This document shows, piece after piece, positions 38,629-49,976 of a DNA stretch of 64,000 nucleotides. The stretch spans positions 1,504,001-1,568,000 of the forward strand of contig JBMNLH010000001.1 of NCBI GenBank assembly GCA_050952625.1, given 5' to 3'. Within the stretch, counting starts at the first letter, position 1; each line of letters opens with the position of its first letter. The position numbers and the translations under genes are program-made. The DNA is from Bacillota bacterium. GTDB taxonomy: Bacteria > Bacillota > Ch66 > Ch109. The notes under the pieces were generated by a model. That model was not told the origin of the DNA and searched no databases. It worked only from the letters and a program-made list of their open reading frames with translations.

Positions 38629-40068
38629 TTAACTTGCAGTAGATTCACTAATGACTTCTACTACGATCCCGTCGCTGATCTCTAATTCAACAGTACTGCC
38701 GGTTTGCAGTTCGGTAAAAGCCACGGTTTCTCCATCTTGTTTAATGACCGCATTCTTGTCAACCTCATAAGTGTACAGGGTTGCACCGACTTTAACCTCA
38801 ATCTGTTTTTTCCCGGTGCTTCCATTGAGCATAACCGTCGTTAGCTCGCCGGTCACAGTAGTAATATAACTGTCCACCTCTAGCGCAACTACTTTGTCAT
38901 TTACTACCGTAGCTTCAATCTCCTGACCGGGTTTAAGATGTTCGATTGTCGCTGATTTACCATTTAATCTAATAGTAACATCCTCAGTCAGGTCATAGGT
39001 TATATTTATCCCGTCTACCTTTAAAGTGATACTGGTTACATTATTAACCGTAACAATCGATTCTAAGGTGCCTTCAATTTTTTCATCTTCCTCAACCGGT
39101 TGGGTATCGGTTGCTTTATCGGAGCGAATAAAGAGGACCACTCCGTTTGGATCAATGATGACTTCTACGTTGCTATTGACTTTCAATTGTTTAAGCTCAG
39201 CTCTTTTCTTATTTACAAAAATAATTGATTCTTTAGTTACGTCTACAGTAATTGATTTGCCATTTTCTTTTTTAATTGTTAACGTTCCGGTATTTTTATC
39301 TTCCACCCTTATTTTGGTCAGGACCCCCTCGATATCTTGATTTTCCTCATCATCCGTCGCTTTGTTCTTGCCTGGGAAAAGTTTTTCCATTTTGTCCAAC
39401 AAAACGGACATTTCCGCTCTGGTTATTGGTTTATTGGGTTGGAAGCTTCGATCCGGGTTACCAATCATTAACTTCAAGATAAACATTTGTTGAACATAGG
39501 CTTTAGCCCAAGCTGGGATCTCATCAGCATCTATGAAGTTGAGATCAGTTATTTGTTCCTCAAGTTCACTGTTATCAAAAGCCCGCAAGGCCAGGACCGC
39601 GATCTCATAACGCTTGGCTGGTTTATTAGGCTGGAAATTAGCTAAATCTTTCTCCGTCAAAATCCCTCTCTCATACGCAACGGCAACATATCCTCGGGCC
39701 CAATCCGGTATTTTCTTGCTGTTCTTTAACTTATTTGTCGAAGCCTGTTCGGCCTCATCTTCCAAGCCCAGGAGCCGAACCAGCATGACAATCGCTTCAG
39801 CATGGGTAATCGGCTTGTTAGGCTGGAAAGTTGAATCTTCGTAGCCATTGATAACCCGTCTCATATTCATTTTGGTCATGGCCTCTTCTGCCCAATGGCC
39901 AGGAATGTCAATTAGCAAGCACACTTTTTGGGCTTTGGCTTTTTTCGCTTGACCTGGGGGGACTTTTTTCCAAGGGGTAGCCCAGGCTACCGACGCCATA
40001 AGATTAAACAAAAGGGTAAAAACTAATAAATAACTGATTTTTCGTTTTAATCCACCCATTTTCAGCAT
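38629..40068 (-). CDS. S-layer homology (SLH) domain protein with C-terminal beta-repeat modules
   Basis: Signal peptide, PPGQAKK, three SLH repeats (FQPNKPITRAE), repeated G.L...G..VE modules. Confidence 0.88.
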   Translation of the reverse strand: MLKMGGLKRKISYLLVFTLLFNLMASVAWATPWKKVPPGQAKKAKAQKVCLLIDIPGHWAEEAMTKMNMRRVINGYEDSTFQPNKPITHAEAIVMLVRLLGLEDEAEQASTNKLKNSKKIPDWARGYVAVAYERGILTEKDLANFQPNKPAKRYEIAVLALRAFDNSELEEQITDLNFIDADEIPAWAKAYVQQMFILKLMIGNPDRSFQPNKPITRAEMSVLLDKMEKLFPGKNKATDDEENQDIEGVLTKIRVEDKNTGTLTIKKENGKSITVDVTKESIIFVNKKRAELKQLKVNSNVEVIIDPNGVVLFIRSDKATDTQPVEEDEKIEGTLESIVTVNNVTSITLKVDGINITYDLTEDVTIRLNGKSATIEHLKPGQEIEATVVNDKVVALEVDSYITTVTGELTTVMLNGSTGKKQIEVKVGATLYTYEVDKNAVIKQDGETVAFTELQTGSTVELEISDGIVVEVISESTAS

Positions 40069-40114
40069 CTCCTTTTCTTTATTTAACTAGTCGCGCCTCT
40101 ATATTCACCTTCAC

Positions 40115-41229
40115 CTATTTTGTATCGTTATTATCCTTCTTCTTTTTGTCCCGATCATCTTTGTCTCTATCACCTTTGATTTTATCGTCTTTATCCCTAT
40201 CGCCTTTATCCCTGTCGTGTTTATCCCTATCGTTTTTGTCCTTTTTATTTTTATCTCTATTATCTCTGTCCCTATCGTCTTTTTTGTTCTTTTCGTTGGC
40301 CGTTTTCGCTTGACCAGGATTAGACTTAATATCTTTTTCTTTGTTTGGCTCGTTGGACCGCTTCTTACCTGCTCCGTTATTTGCCCCAGTCTTGTCTTTG
40401 TCAAACTCATTCTTATTTTTGCTTGACCCATTTTTTAAATTAATATTGCGATTGCCTTTGATCTGGCTGCGATATTTGTCAGACCATTGTTTGATTTTTA
40501 GATCCCTCAAACTCCTGGTTTTTAGATCAGTGTCCTTAAGGTTTGGTTCATCCTTTAGGGCATCTTGGTAGAGTAAAAATCGCCCGGTAGAAACCCCAGT
40601 TTGCTTGGCTTGCTGCTGCAATTTCGGCTCAGCCTTGGTGATCAGCACCTCGACCGGGATATTGACAGTTTCTACGGAACTAACAATAGCCTGAAAAACC
40701 AGTTCCTCTTCTACTACCGGCCTCGCGCTAACCGCTACGGCCGGATCGGCTTGAACAATTGTCGTAAAGACCACATTCTCTTTGTTCGGGTCTAAATAAT
40801 GCTGTTGGATCGCGACAGCAATTAAATCAGCGATCGCGGTATAGACATTTTTGCCGATTACCGGCACACTCACCAACAGAAGTTTACCTTCATCGTTATA
40901 CCCTATCCCGTCAATAACGCAGCTGTTTTGATCAACACTCAATTCTAAACTAGGATTAATATCCAAAGAAACATGAGCCACGGCCACCGGCATAGCCGCT
41001 CGATAGAAATACCAACCGACCAGCATGATGATCATGCCGCCGCGGCGATTGAACTCCATCTAATCCATTTTGACCGGGAACTAAGTGGCAGTTGAGTCTT
41101 GATTTCCTCTCCGACCATTACCTTCTCGGCTGGCCGGGGCACTTCATGAAATTCACCCTCCCGAGTCATGATAATACAAGATCTGGGGCTTATTTCCATT
41201 ACGATACCTTGAACTTCTTTACCCATCAT
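40115..41229 (-). pseudogene. rsgI: Anti-sigma-I factor RsgI, frameshifted at ~41036 (pseudogene or sequencing error)
   Basis: N-terminal GIVMEI...IMTREGEF, TM split across frames, VSLDINPSLEL periplasmic domain, D/K/R-rich tail. Confidence 0.85.
40125..40290. repeat. 15-bp degenerate tandem repeat encoding the DRDKD-type charged tail of RsgI
   Basis: ttatccctatcgyyt-like units. Confidence 0.8.
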
Positions 41230-41954
41230 GACTCCCCCTCGCTGGCTAGCTGAATATAATTTCTGAGGTAGGTGAATTCATCCGCATAATATAAAATCAA
41301 GGTGACGGCAATAATGTACCGACGACCGCGCTCAACTGTCTTGGCGCTAACTCCCATTTGTTCCACCAGTTGTTTAATTGGCAGCTTCTTTTTGGTCAGT
41401 AAGAATTCTAATAGGAGTGTGTTTTTAACCAAAAAGGCAGCTATTCGCAACAAGGTCTTCCGGTAATCAGCATGCTGCGGCGAAGATTTAACCAAATCCT
41501 GAAAGGAAATTTTAAATTTTTTTAGTAATTGATTAAACTGTTGAATTTCTTCTCCCCGTTCCCGGGCGATTTCTTGATCCCAGTAATTATCCCAGGCCGG
41601 CTGAATCTCTAAGCTAGCTGCTACCTGGTTTTGCTCACTGGTACCAACCAGAGGGACGATTTTTTGATAATACCGGTTTTCTTTTCGCCAATAATCATTC
41701 AATCGACTCCGGATGACAATCCGGGCAAAGGCTAAAAACGGTGCCCCCTTATCCGGCTGATAAATCTCAATTGCCTGGTTTAACGCAATCAAGGCAATAC
41801 TTAATTCATCATCCACCCCCCACTCCAGCTTTTTCCCCGCTAGAGCGCAGGCGGTTTGACTAACAAAGGGTCGGCACATCGCTATCAGCTTTTCTCGGGC
41901 CGCACTGTCACCAGCCATGGTCTGATGCAGCAAGGTGTTTAGATCATGATCCAT
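41226..41954 (-). CDS. sigI: RNA polymerase sigma-I factor
   Basis: DDELSIALIA.NQAI, FL.FA..VI..RL.DY.RKE, SPQH.D.R, KTVERGRRYIIA. Confidence 0.93.
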   Translation of the reverse strand: MDHDLNTLLHQTMAGDSAAREKLIAMCRPFVSQTACALAGKKLEWGVDDELSIALIALNQAIEIYQPDKGAPFLAFARIVIRSRLNDYWRKENRYYQKIVPLVGTSEQNQVAASLEIQPAWDNYWDQEIARERGEEIQQFNQLLKKFKISFQDLVKSSPQHADYRKTLLRIAAFLVKNTLLLEFLLTKKKLPIKQLVEQMGVSAKTVERGRRYIIAVTLILYYADEFTYLRNYIQLASEGES

Positions 41955-41998
41955 TTAGCTTACCTCAGATCAGCCGCGTTTCCAGCCTTAGTAATTAA

Positions 41999-42030
41999 TA
42001 CGAATCAGGGATGGGTTTTGTTGGGGGGGT
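41999..42030 (-). promoter_or_regulatory. Sigma-I-type autoregulatory promoter
   Basis: ACCCCCCCAACAAAA...CGTA upstream of sigI, matching the C-tract/A-tract -35 and CGWA -10 consensus. Confidence 0.75.
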
Positions 42031-42045
42031 ACTTGGAAATAAAGC

Positions 42046-42073
42046 AAAAAAATCCCGTAAAGCCTTACGGGAT
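42046..42073 (-). terminator. Terminator hairpin
   Basis: aaaaaaatcccgtaa-agcc-ttacgggat. Confidence 0.75.
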
Positions 42074-42218
42074 AAAAGCAGAAAATAAATGAATCCACTT
42101 AAGATGCTAGAATAAACATTTCGTCATAACTTATCTAAATCCTGCTTGTTTTGTATTTAAACATGTGGAAAATATATCCACTCCGAGGTTGTTTATCCTA
42201 TTAGCGTTCCCTGGGTGC

Positions 42219-44565
42219 TCAAGAGTTAGTTAAATCGTTAACAATCCTGACAATTAACTCTTTAGGCTCTGAACTACAGCTGTTAATTCGCTCTGTAGAA
42301 ACTATTTCCGCGAATACCTTGACAATATCCGGATCAAACTGGGTTCCGGCATTCCTTTTTAGCTCTTCGATCGCCGCTTCCCGACTTAAAGCCGAACGAT
42401 AGGGTCTGGCACTGGTCATGGCATCGTAGGCATCGGCTACGGCTATAATCCTGGCTGCCAGAGGAATTTCCTTCCCTACTAGGCCATACGGATAACCTTT
42501 GCCATCCCATCTTTCATGATGAGCCAGGACATATTTGGCCAATGATGAAAATTTATTAACGGAATTCATAATGCGGTAGCCGGTTTCCGAATGACGCCTT
42601 ATTTTATCCATTTCTAAATCGTTAAGACTGCCCGGCTTTTCCAAGATCCGGTCATCAACTATGATTTTCCCTATATCATGCATTAATCCCGCTATCCGCA
42701 GCTCATGAAGATCATCGTTGCTTAAAGCTAAAGCGGTCCCGAACGCTTCACATAGCTGACTAACCCGGATGGAATGCTGTCGTTCTCGAAGGTTTTTTTC
42801 AAATAAAGCCTTCACGATCACTTCAAGGGTCCTATGTCTTACGCTGGAACTTTCAACCAGTTTCTGTCGGTACATGTTGTCTTCGGCTTTTTTAATTACA
42901 GATGTTATATCAGTCTGGATATCCCACTTTGTTTCCCAGCCAAAAGCGATTGATAAAATGATAGAATTCACATTTTCGCGAGAAATTTTACTATTTATTC
43001 GCCTGACAATCTTGGCGGCTTGCTCTGAATTAGTTTTAGGTAAGAGAATTACAAATTCATCCCCGCCAATGCGGGCAATAATATCATCTGCCCGACATTC
43101 TTTTTTTATAATCTCGACCGCTCGTTTTAAGAGTTTATCGCCAATTGACACTGACAGACAATAAGGTAGTTTTGAATCGTTCCTTTTCCTCATATAATAG
43201 CTTTTCGATCTTCTTGCGTTCAGTTACGTCCAGGATAATAGTCGCACACTGCCGTGGGCGTGGGGAATAGGCAATCACTTCGTAATACTGGTCAGTTTCT
43301 GGATAATAGCACTCATACTGCCAAGTCTCGCCATTCATTGCAACCTGACCATATCGTTCAATCATGCAACGTTTCGTTTTCGGTAAAACTTCAAGCATAG
43401 TTCGACCAATGATCTTTTCCCGTTTTAACTCGGTTAGCCGCTCATAGCTTTCGTTAACGTCAAGAAACCGACAATCAACAACCGTTCCGGCTTCATCGCA
43501 GATCACTTCATGAACAGCAACCCCTTGCTTCATCTGAGTAACCAGCAGTCGATATTTTTCTTCACTCTGCCGAAGCGTCTCTTCCGTCTTTTTACGCAGC
43601 AAGGTCACCCCGATGCCATCCGCCACGATCTGTAATAGACTAACATCTTCCTTCTGCCATTGCCGGGGAACGAGACAATCGTCAAAACCAATGTACCCCC
43701 AAAACTCGTTCCCACAGTAAATTGGGAGGATTAGAATTGAGATAATCCCCTGTGGTACTAAATATTTTTGCTCCGATTGGTCCATTTCGGCAACGATCCT
43801 CATATAGGGGCGACGTGCTTGCAGCACCTTGAGCAGGTACGGTGAGGCATTGCGATAAGGCAGACGCTGCAAACAACAGGCATCAATTTGAGGGGTGATC
43901 CCAGCCGCAGTTGCCTCATGTATTTGTGTCATACATAAGCCCACTTCAGGATCATTTTCATTTTGAAAGATATAAACTCGACTCACTTGCGAAACTTCCC
44001 GCAAAATATGTAAAACACGGTTCAATTGCTTATCGATATCATTAGGTTCCATAAGAACCTTCATGCAACTTGCTGCGGCTGCCTCATAATCAAGACGCCG
44101 CCGCAGTTCCTTTTCGGCCCGTTTTTGCTCAGTGATATCTCTGATTGCTCCTTGATAGCCAATAAACCTGCCGGTGCTGTCCTTTCTAATCACCGCGTTG
44201 ATCAGGACAGAAATAATGGTGCCATCTTTCTTGCGCAAGCTGGCTGGATAGTCTTTAGCTGCTCCCTGTTCCAGGATAACCCTGAGAAATCGGGCCCGTT
44301 CCGCTGGATCTGCATACAGCTCACTAACGTTAACCGTCTTTAGCTCTTCCCGGCTATCGTAGCCTAAAGTTTTGATTAAGGCATCATTAAAATCAAGAAA
44401 AGAGCCATCTGCAGACGTAATAAAGACACTATCGCGAGAAGTAACGAAAAATGCCCGGTATGTGTCTTCGCTTTCTTTACAAATCATTTCCATTAGTTGG
44501 TGCTTGATCGACTCTTCCGCAATATAGATATCTTTTATTTCACTCTCCTGATTATTGCTCATCAT
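42219..44565 (-). pseudogene. PAS-GAF-PAS-(deleted)-GGDEF/HD-GYP protein with an internal deletion at ~43150
   Basis: Upstream ORF ends at the start of a PAS domain (ERFKTTLLSV); downstream frame begins mid-GGDEF (SIGDKLL...RIGGDEF) and has an intact HD-GYP (HDIGK, HHERWDGKGYP). Confidence 0.8.
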
Positions 44566-44752
44566 TGAACCTCCACAGTAAGATAATTGTCCTTATCCGT
44601 GGCAGCATTCGATATTACAATAACAAACACGTATAAACTCACTTATCTTATTTCAAATATTGTATATTAATGACGGCTTTTATTGTTTCTACTCTGTTTC
44701 CAAATAATCCTGCTTTTGTATACTATGTTTTGCAGCTTTTGCAAAAATAAAT

Positions 44753-44778
44753 AAAAAACCCGCAAAATCTTGCGGGAT
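44753..44778 (-). terminator. Terminator of tRNA-Lys
   Basis: aaaaaacccgcaa-aatc-ttgcggg. Confidence 0.75.
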
Positions 44779-44790
44779 AAGGGTTTCAAC

Positions 44791-44866
44791 TGGTGCGCCA
44801 TCAGGGATTCGAACCCCGGACCCTCCGATTAAGAGTCGGATGCTCTACCAGCTAAGCTAATGGCGC
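44791..44866 (-). tRNA. tRNA-Lys (anticodon CTT)
   Basis: GCGCCAT acceptor stem, TCCGA-CTCTTAA-TCGGA anticodon arm, GTTCGAATC T-loop, CCA. Confidence 0.97.
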
Positions 44867-44954
44867 GCAATATGACAAAATATAATCAAAATATAATCTA
44901 TAATCCTATTAGACTTGGGACCGCGATTTAATCGCTGTACTTGAAGCACTACAT

Positions 44955-44983
44955 ATTTTAGCACCGGGTTCTGGGGGTGTCAA
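44955..44983 (-). promoter_or_regulatory. Sigma-A promoter of tRNA-Lys
   Basis: TTGACA-17nt-TAAAAT on the minus strand. Confidence 0.75.
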
Positions 44984-45060
44984 CCCGAACTTGAAAAGTT
45001 GATTTGATAAATAGCCCTGTCCATTTTCGAGTTAACAGTTAGTTTGCCATTATATTAGCT

Positions 45061-45480
45061 TCACAACCTCCTATACTCCGGCAGAATATGATCCAGCCAA
45101 TCATGAAAGCGTTCAAAGATTAAGCCCACCACAAACCAGGCTGGGGCGTAATCCAGCCGGATTAAACCATCCAGGGTATACCGCGTATAACCGCGGTAAT
45201 CCCAAGGACAGGACCCTAAGACTGACTGTAGCGTCCAGCCAGCCGCATACTCGATCATCAGGATCACAGCGGCCCAAACCATGCCCCGGGCCAGCCAAGG
45301 CATGGTGCGGATCTGATCATGGAGTGATTCTAAAAACACGGCTGAGCCGTAGATCGGGAGCATCCAGAGATAGGTAAAGCCGCTCAAATTTAGATCCCCC
45401 CGTAATAAAGAGCCCAAGCCGGTCCAAAATATTTCAATAACCCAACCCATTATCCCGTAGATGAAAAAACGAACTATCAT
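45061..45480 (-). CDS. CmpB/TMEM229-like membrane protein (putative ABC transporter permease)
   Basis: RFFIYG..GW..E, WMLPIYG, CPWDY, GLIRLDY.P.W. Confidence 0.85.
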   Translation of the reverse strand: MIVRFFIYGIMGWVIEIFWTGLGSLLRGDLNLSGFTYLWMLPIYGSAVFLESLHDQIRTMPWLARGMVWAAVILMIEYAAGWTLQSVLGSCPWDYRGYTRYTLDGLIRLDYAPAWFVVGLIFERFHDWLDHILPEYRRL

Positions 45481-45532
45481 GAATTTAGTTTTACACCCAT
45501 CAAACCGAGTATGCTACCGAGTTATTGGTATG

Positions 45533-46828
45533 TTATGGGTACATCCGGTAAAGCATCCGGGGAAAAGGAATCGCTTCGCGCACGTGATCCAACCCGCAGA
45601 TCCAAGCGACAGTGCGTTCGATTCCGAGTCCAAAACCGGCATGGGGTACTGAGCCATAACGGCGCAGATCGAGATACCACTCAAACGCCTCGCGAGGCAA
45701 GTCATGCTCATCCAACCGCTGTTCTAAGAGGGTTAGATCGTCGATCCGCTGACCACCGCCAATAATCTCGCCATAACCTTCCGGAGCCAGCAGATCCGCA
45801 CCCAGCACGACTTCTGGCTGATTTGGGTCCGGCTTCATATAAAAAGCCTTTAAGGCCGTTGGATAACGATGGACAAAAACCGGGGACTTGAAGTTTTCCG
45901 AAATCAAGGTCTCCTCTGGAGCCCCAAAATCATCTCCCCACTCGAACTCTACCCCTTTCTGCCGCAAAATCTCGACGGCCTCCGTGTAGCTTAGCCGGGG
46001 AAAAGGCACAGAGATTGATGCCAAACGGTCCGTGTCGCGGTCTAGGGTCTTTAAATCTTCCCGGCACCGGTGGAGGACTCGGTCAATCACGAACATGATC
46101 ATCTCTTCCTGGAGGCGCATATTATCGTCTAGGTCGTAAAAAGCCATCTCCGCTTCCAACATCCAAAACTCCATCAGGTGGCGCCGGGTCTTAGATTTTT
46201 CCGCCCGAAAGGTTGGTCCAAAACAGTAAACCTTCCCCAACGCTAAGGCCGTTGCCTCGCTGTATAATTGACCGCTTTGGGATAGAAAGGCTGGATCCCC
46301 ATGATAGTCAATCTCAAACAGGGTCGTTGTGCCTTCGCAGGCCGCTGGCGTAATAATCGGGGCATCGGCCAAGATAAATTCTCGCTGATAAAAGAATTCT
46401 CGCAAGGCATGTTCAATCTCTGACCGAATCCGCAAAATAGCACTCTGCCTCGGTGTTCGCATCCACAGATGGCGTCGGTCAGCCAAAAAGTCAACCCCAT
46501 GTTCTTTATGGGTAATCGGGTATTCAGCCGCCAGACTAATTACCTCTAATCGGGTGACCTGTAGTTCGTAACCGCCCACAGCCCGAGGCTCTTCCCGCAC
46601 GGTTCCCCAAACGCGCAAGGAGGACTCCTGCGTTAATGAATTAGCCTTGGCCCAAGTCTCCTGATCCACCTCTTTTTTCACCAGGACCCCTTGGACCAGG
46701 CCACTGCCATCCCGCAGGATGAGAAACTGGATTTTGCCCGAGGATCTCTTGTTATAAAGCCAGCCCTGCAGCATAACTTCTTCACCCAGGTGTTGGTTGA
46801 GGTGTTTAATCGAAACCCCTTGAAGCAT
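45533..46828 (-). CDS. asnS: Asparagine--tRNA ligase
   Basis: [53 protein letters not shown]. Confidence 0.96.
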   Translation of the reverse strand: MLQGVSIKHLNQHLGEEVMLQGWLYNKRSSGKIQFLILRDGSGLVQGVLVKKEVDQETWAKANSLTQESSLRVWGTVREEPRAVGGYELQVTRLEVISLAAEYPITHKEHGVDFLADRRHLWMRTPRQSAILRIRSEIEHALREFFYQREFILADAPIITPAACEGTTTLFEIDYHGDPAFLSQSGQLYSEATALALGKVYCFGPTFRAEKSKTRRHLMEFWMLEAEMAFYDLDDNMRLQEEMIMFVIDRVLHRCREDLKTLDRDTDRLASISVPFPRLSYTEAVEILRQKGVEFEWGDDFGAPEETLISENFKSPVFVHRYPTALKAFYMKPDPNQPEVVLGADLLAPEGYGEIIGGGQRIDDLTLLEQRLDEHDLPREAFEWYLDLRRYGSVPHAGFGLGIERTVAWICGLDHVREAIPFPRMLYRMYP

Positions 46829-46939
46829 ACAACCTTGCCGCCCCCCGTTTCGGCACGTCGCGCTGAGTAATCCTCCTTCGTTCCGGCGCTCGGCGTTCTG
46901 AAGACGCTGCGCTACGGCTATTCTGAAAACCGCTACCCA

Positions 46940-47735
46940 ATTTCTATAAAACTCCGGCCGCCGGTCATTAAAGAGGTGGTTGTGGATATTAAGCGTTTTT
47001 TCTAAAGCCCTGGCCGGATCTACCTCAGTTACGGCTACTTTCTCTTCCTGCTCATCTAAACGGAATTTAAGCTCGCCTCTTACATCAACCACCTGGCTTC
47101 CCCCGGTAAACCGAAGGTCTTCATTGTCCCGTTGCTCACTACCCACCCGGTTTGCCGTCACGGTAATAACCGAGTTTTCTAGAGACCGGGTCAGCATCGC
47201 CTGCTGGCAATAGGGCAGCACTAAATTAGTCGGATGACAGATGATCTGAGCCCCCTGCAGGGCTAAAGAACGGGCTGCCTCGGGAAAGAACCAGTCAAAG
47301 CAAATCATCACACCTATCCGAAGACCCGGGGCGATATCAAAAACGGTTAATCCCTAGATCGCCGGGACCGAACCAAACTTTTTCTTTGTAGAATAAATGG
47401 GTTTTCCGATACTTGCCGATATAGCCGGTCGGTCCCACAATAACCGCGGAGTTAAAAAATTTGTCCTGGCTTGAGTCGTACTCCGGCAACCCAGCGACAA
47501 TGACCATATTTCGTTCAGCCGCCAGCCGCATCAACCGCTGGGTCGTATTTCCCTGCGGAATTTCTTCCGAAAGGGACCTTACTTCTGCTTTGGATTCAAA
47601 CAAATACCCGGAATTAAAAAGTTCCGGCAGGACCATCAAATCTGCCTCCACTTCAGCCAAAGCAGCCTCCACCCGGGCAATATTTGCGTCAACTTGGCCA
47701 AACTCCGGGGCAAACTGAAAAACACCCACTCGCAT
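46940..47735 (-). pseudogene. Nitrilase/carbon-nitrogen hydrolase family protein, frameshifted at ~47353, no stop before asnS
   Basis: E-K-C triad LPELF, YRKTHLF and ICFDW split across two frames by an extra G in a GGG run; the domain ends at DRRPEFY. Confidence 0.8.
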
Positions 47736-48199
47736 AACTGCTCTTTCCCTCCACTTTAATTAATACCTAATATTCTTTCCTAATTTCATGAAAACCATTG
47801 TCCTTTAAACTTCACCTAATCAGGCGGCTTATAATCCCCTCTGAGCCCTGTTCCAGGCTTAATTATTTAGATTATTCGCCGCGACTGTATCTATTCCTTC
47901 CCGCAAGATAAGCCTGAGTATTTACCGGGCACTAAACTATAACAAAATTCTAATAATTCGACATTCTTTCCAATGGAAATATGTGCAGATTTGTCTAAAA
48001 TAGATACTAAGACCTTAAGAAACGATATATACTGCAGTTTAATATTAGTATTTGTTATATTTTCTCCAATTAAATCAATAAAGGCAGGGATAATCCAGGG
48101 TGAGATCTAATAAAAAATGCGATTGCGTCCTTCTAAGAAAAAAAACGCGAACAAACACCCCTGTTTTTTGTTTCGAAGACTATCGAAGCAACCAGGAAG

Positions 48200-49699
48200 A
48201 TGGTGAATAGAACAATGAATCACCTTAATATTATGTCAACAAAGCGGCGGAAAATCGAGGAGGCGTTAAATAATTTTAAACAGTGCCAATCAGACATCAT
48301 CAATTTTTTGCCTGACGCCACTTTTGTTATTGACCGCGAAGGAAAGGTTATCGCTTGGAATCAAGCTATTGAAGAAATGACCGGCATTATGGCTCAAGAC
48401 ATCCTGGGTAAGGGCAATTATGAATATGCCATTCCGTTTCACGGTAATAGAAAACCCATTTTAATTGATCTGATCTTTACACCGAATAAAGAAGTAGAAA
48501 AAGACTATTTGTTCATCAAAAATGATCGAGAAGCCTTGGTGGCGGAAACTCCTCTGCTCAATATTAATGGAAAAAAAGCTATTCTCTGGACCAAAGCGAC
48601 CCCCTTATACGACAGTCATGGCCAGATAATCGGGGCAATTGAATCTATCCGAGATATCACTGAGCTCAGGAAAGCCGAGCAAGCCCTGGAAGCAGAAAGA
48701 CAGCGACTATATGCTGTATTAAATGAACTGCCGGCAATGCTCTTTCTCCTGGCAAGAGATTACTCTTTTCGTTTTGTGAACCGGTTTTTTCAGGAACGAT
48801 ATGGTAACCCTGAAAGAAAAACCTGCTACGAATTAATGTATCATCGCCTAACCCCGTGTGAAAACTGTCCTACCAGTAAGGTTTTTCAAACCCAAAAACC
48901 CCAGGAGTGGATATGGAATTCCCCGGATGAGCGGACCTATACCATCTATGACTATCCCTTTATCGATGTTGACGGGACCTTGTTAGTCTTGGAAATGGGG
49001 ATTGATATCACAGAACGCAAAAAACTAGAACAAGAAATCCTGCGGTTGGACCGGCTAAATCTAATAGGTGAAATGGCTGCCGGACTGGCGCATGAGATCC
49101 GGAACCCGATGACTACGGTCAGGGGCTTTCTGCAAATACTGAGCAATAAAAAGAGTCAAACTGAATACCGGACATATTATAACTTAATGATTGAGGAATT
49201 GGATCAAGCTAATATGATAATAACTGAGTTCCTCTCCCTGGCCAAGAATAAGGTCGTTCATTTACAGGCCCAAAATCTCAATGAAATAGTCATGAGTCTA
49301 TATCCTTTAATCAAGGCCGACGCTTTACTGACTGATAAATACGTTCAATTAGATCTAGGCGAGATACCGGTTTTAAAACTGGATCTAAAAGAGATTCGTC
49401 AACTTATTCTCAATCTAGCCCGCAATGGGTTAGAAGCCATGTCCCCGGGCGGCGTTTTAACTATCTCAACTTTTATCGACAACGAGGCCGTGGTTCTTTC
49501 GGTCAAGGATCAAGGAAAGGGAATCGAACCTGAATTGTTGGAAAAACTAGGCACACCTTTTTTAACGACGAAAGATACTGGTACCGGTCTCGGATTACCA
49601 ATTTGCTACAGCATTGCTGCCCGTCATCACGCAAAGATTAAAGTGGACACAGATTCAACCGGCACCTGCTTTTATGTTCGGTTCAAACAAATAGTTTAA
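48200..49699 (+). CDS. Orphan cytoplasmic PAS-domain histidine kinase (sporulation-kinase-like)
   Basis: Two PAS domains; AAGLAHEIRNPMTTVRGFLQ H-box, N, G1, F and G2 boxes; no adjacent response regulator. Confidence 0.9.
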   Translation: MVNRTMNHLNIMSTKRRKIEEALNNFKQCQSDIINFLPDATFVIDREGKVIAWNQAIEEMTGIMAQDILGKGNYEYAIPFHGNRKPILIDLIFTPNKEVEKDYLFIKNDREALVAETPLLNINGKKAILWTKATPLYDSHGQIIGAIESIRDITELRKAEQALEAERQRLYAVLNELPAMLFLLARDYSFRFVNRFFQERYGNPERKTCYELMYHRLTPCENCPTSKVFQTQKPQEWIWNSPDERTYTIYDYPFIDVDGTLLVLEMGIDITERKKLEQEILRLDRLNLIGEMAAGLAHEIRNPMTTVRGFLQILSNKKSQTEYRTYYNLMIEELDQANMIITEFLSLAKNKVVHLQAQNLNEIVMSLYPLIKADALLTDKYVQLDLGEIPVLKLDLKEIRQLILNLARNGLEAMSPGGVLTISTFIDNEAVVLSVKDQGKGIEPELLEKLGTPFLTTKDTGTGLGLPICYSIAARHHAKIKVDTDSTGTCFYVRFKQIV

Positions 49700-49710
49700 A
49701 TCAATTCGTT

Positions 49711-49843
49711 ATTTATTGCTAACCGCCCATATCCGTTAGGCACAACCACCTATGAAAATATCGGACATATGTCATCCTGAGCGTGAGCGAAGGATCTAGC
49801 TTAAGTCTATTAACATTTACCGCATATATCTATTTCGCTCTAA
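49711..49843 (+). repeat. Site plus REP-like cargo (GTCATCCTGAGCG..AGCGAAGGATCT) plus TATTTC-N4-TAA end
   Basis: atttattgctaaccgcccatatccgttaggcacaaccacctatgaaaata ... gtcatcctgagcgtgagcgaaggatct ... tatttcgctctaa. Confidence 0.75.
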
Positions 49844-49976
49844 GGAATATATAAAAAAGGATGCAGGTATACCTTACCGGTTTACAACAGATGCTTAATT
49901 TGTTAAAATGCACTTGTCATTGTCTCTGCTTATCCGTCTTGAGCTTACTCAAAATTATCGGTATAGGAGAGTGGAT

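Noticed and set aside
46830-46940. T-box leader for asnS
   Set aside because: No GGTGGNACCGCG antiterminator motif or terminator, and too short
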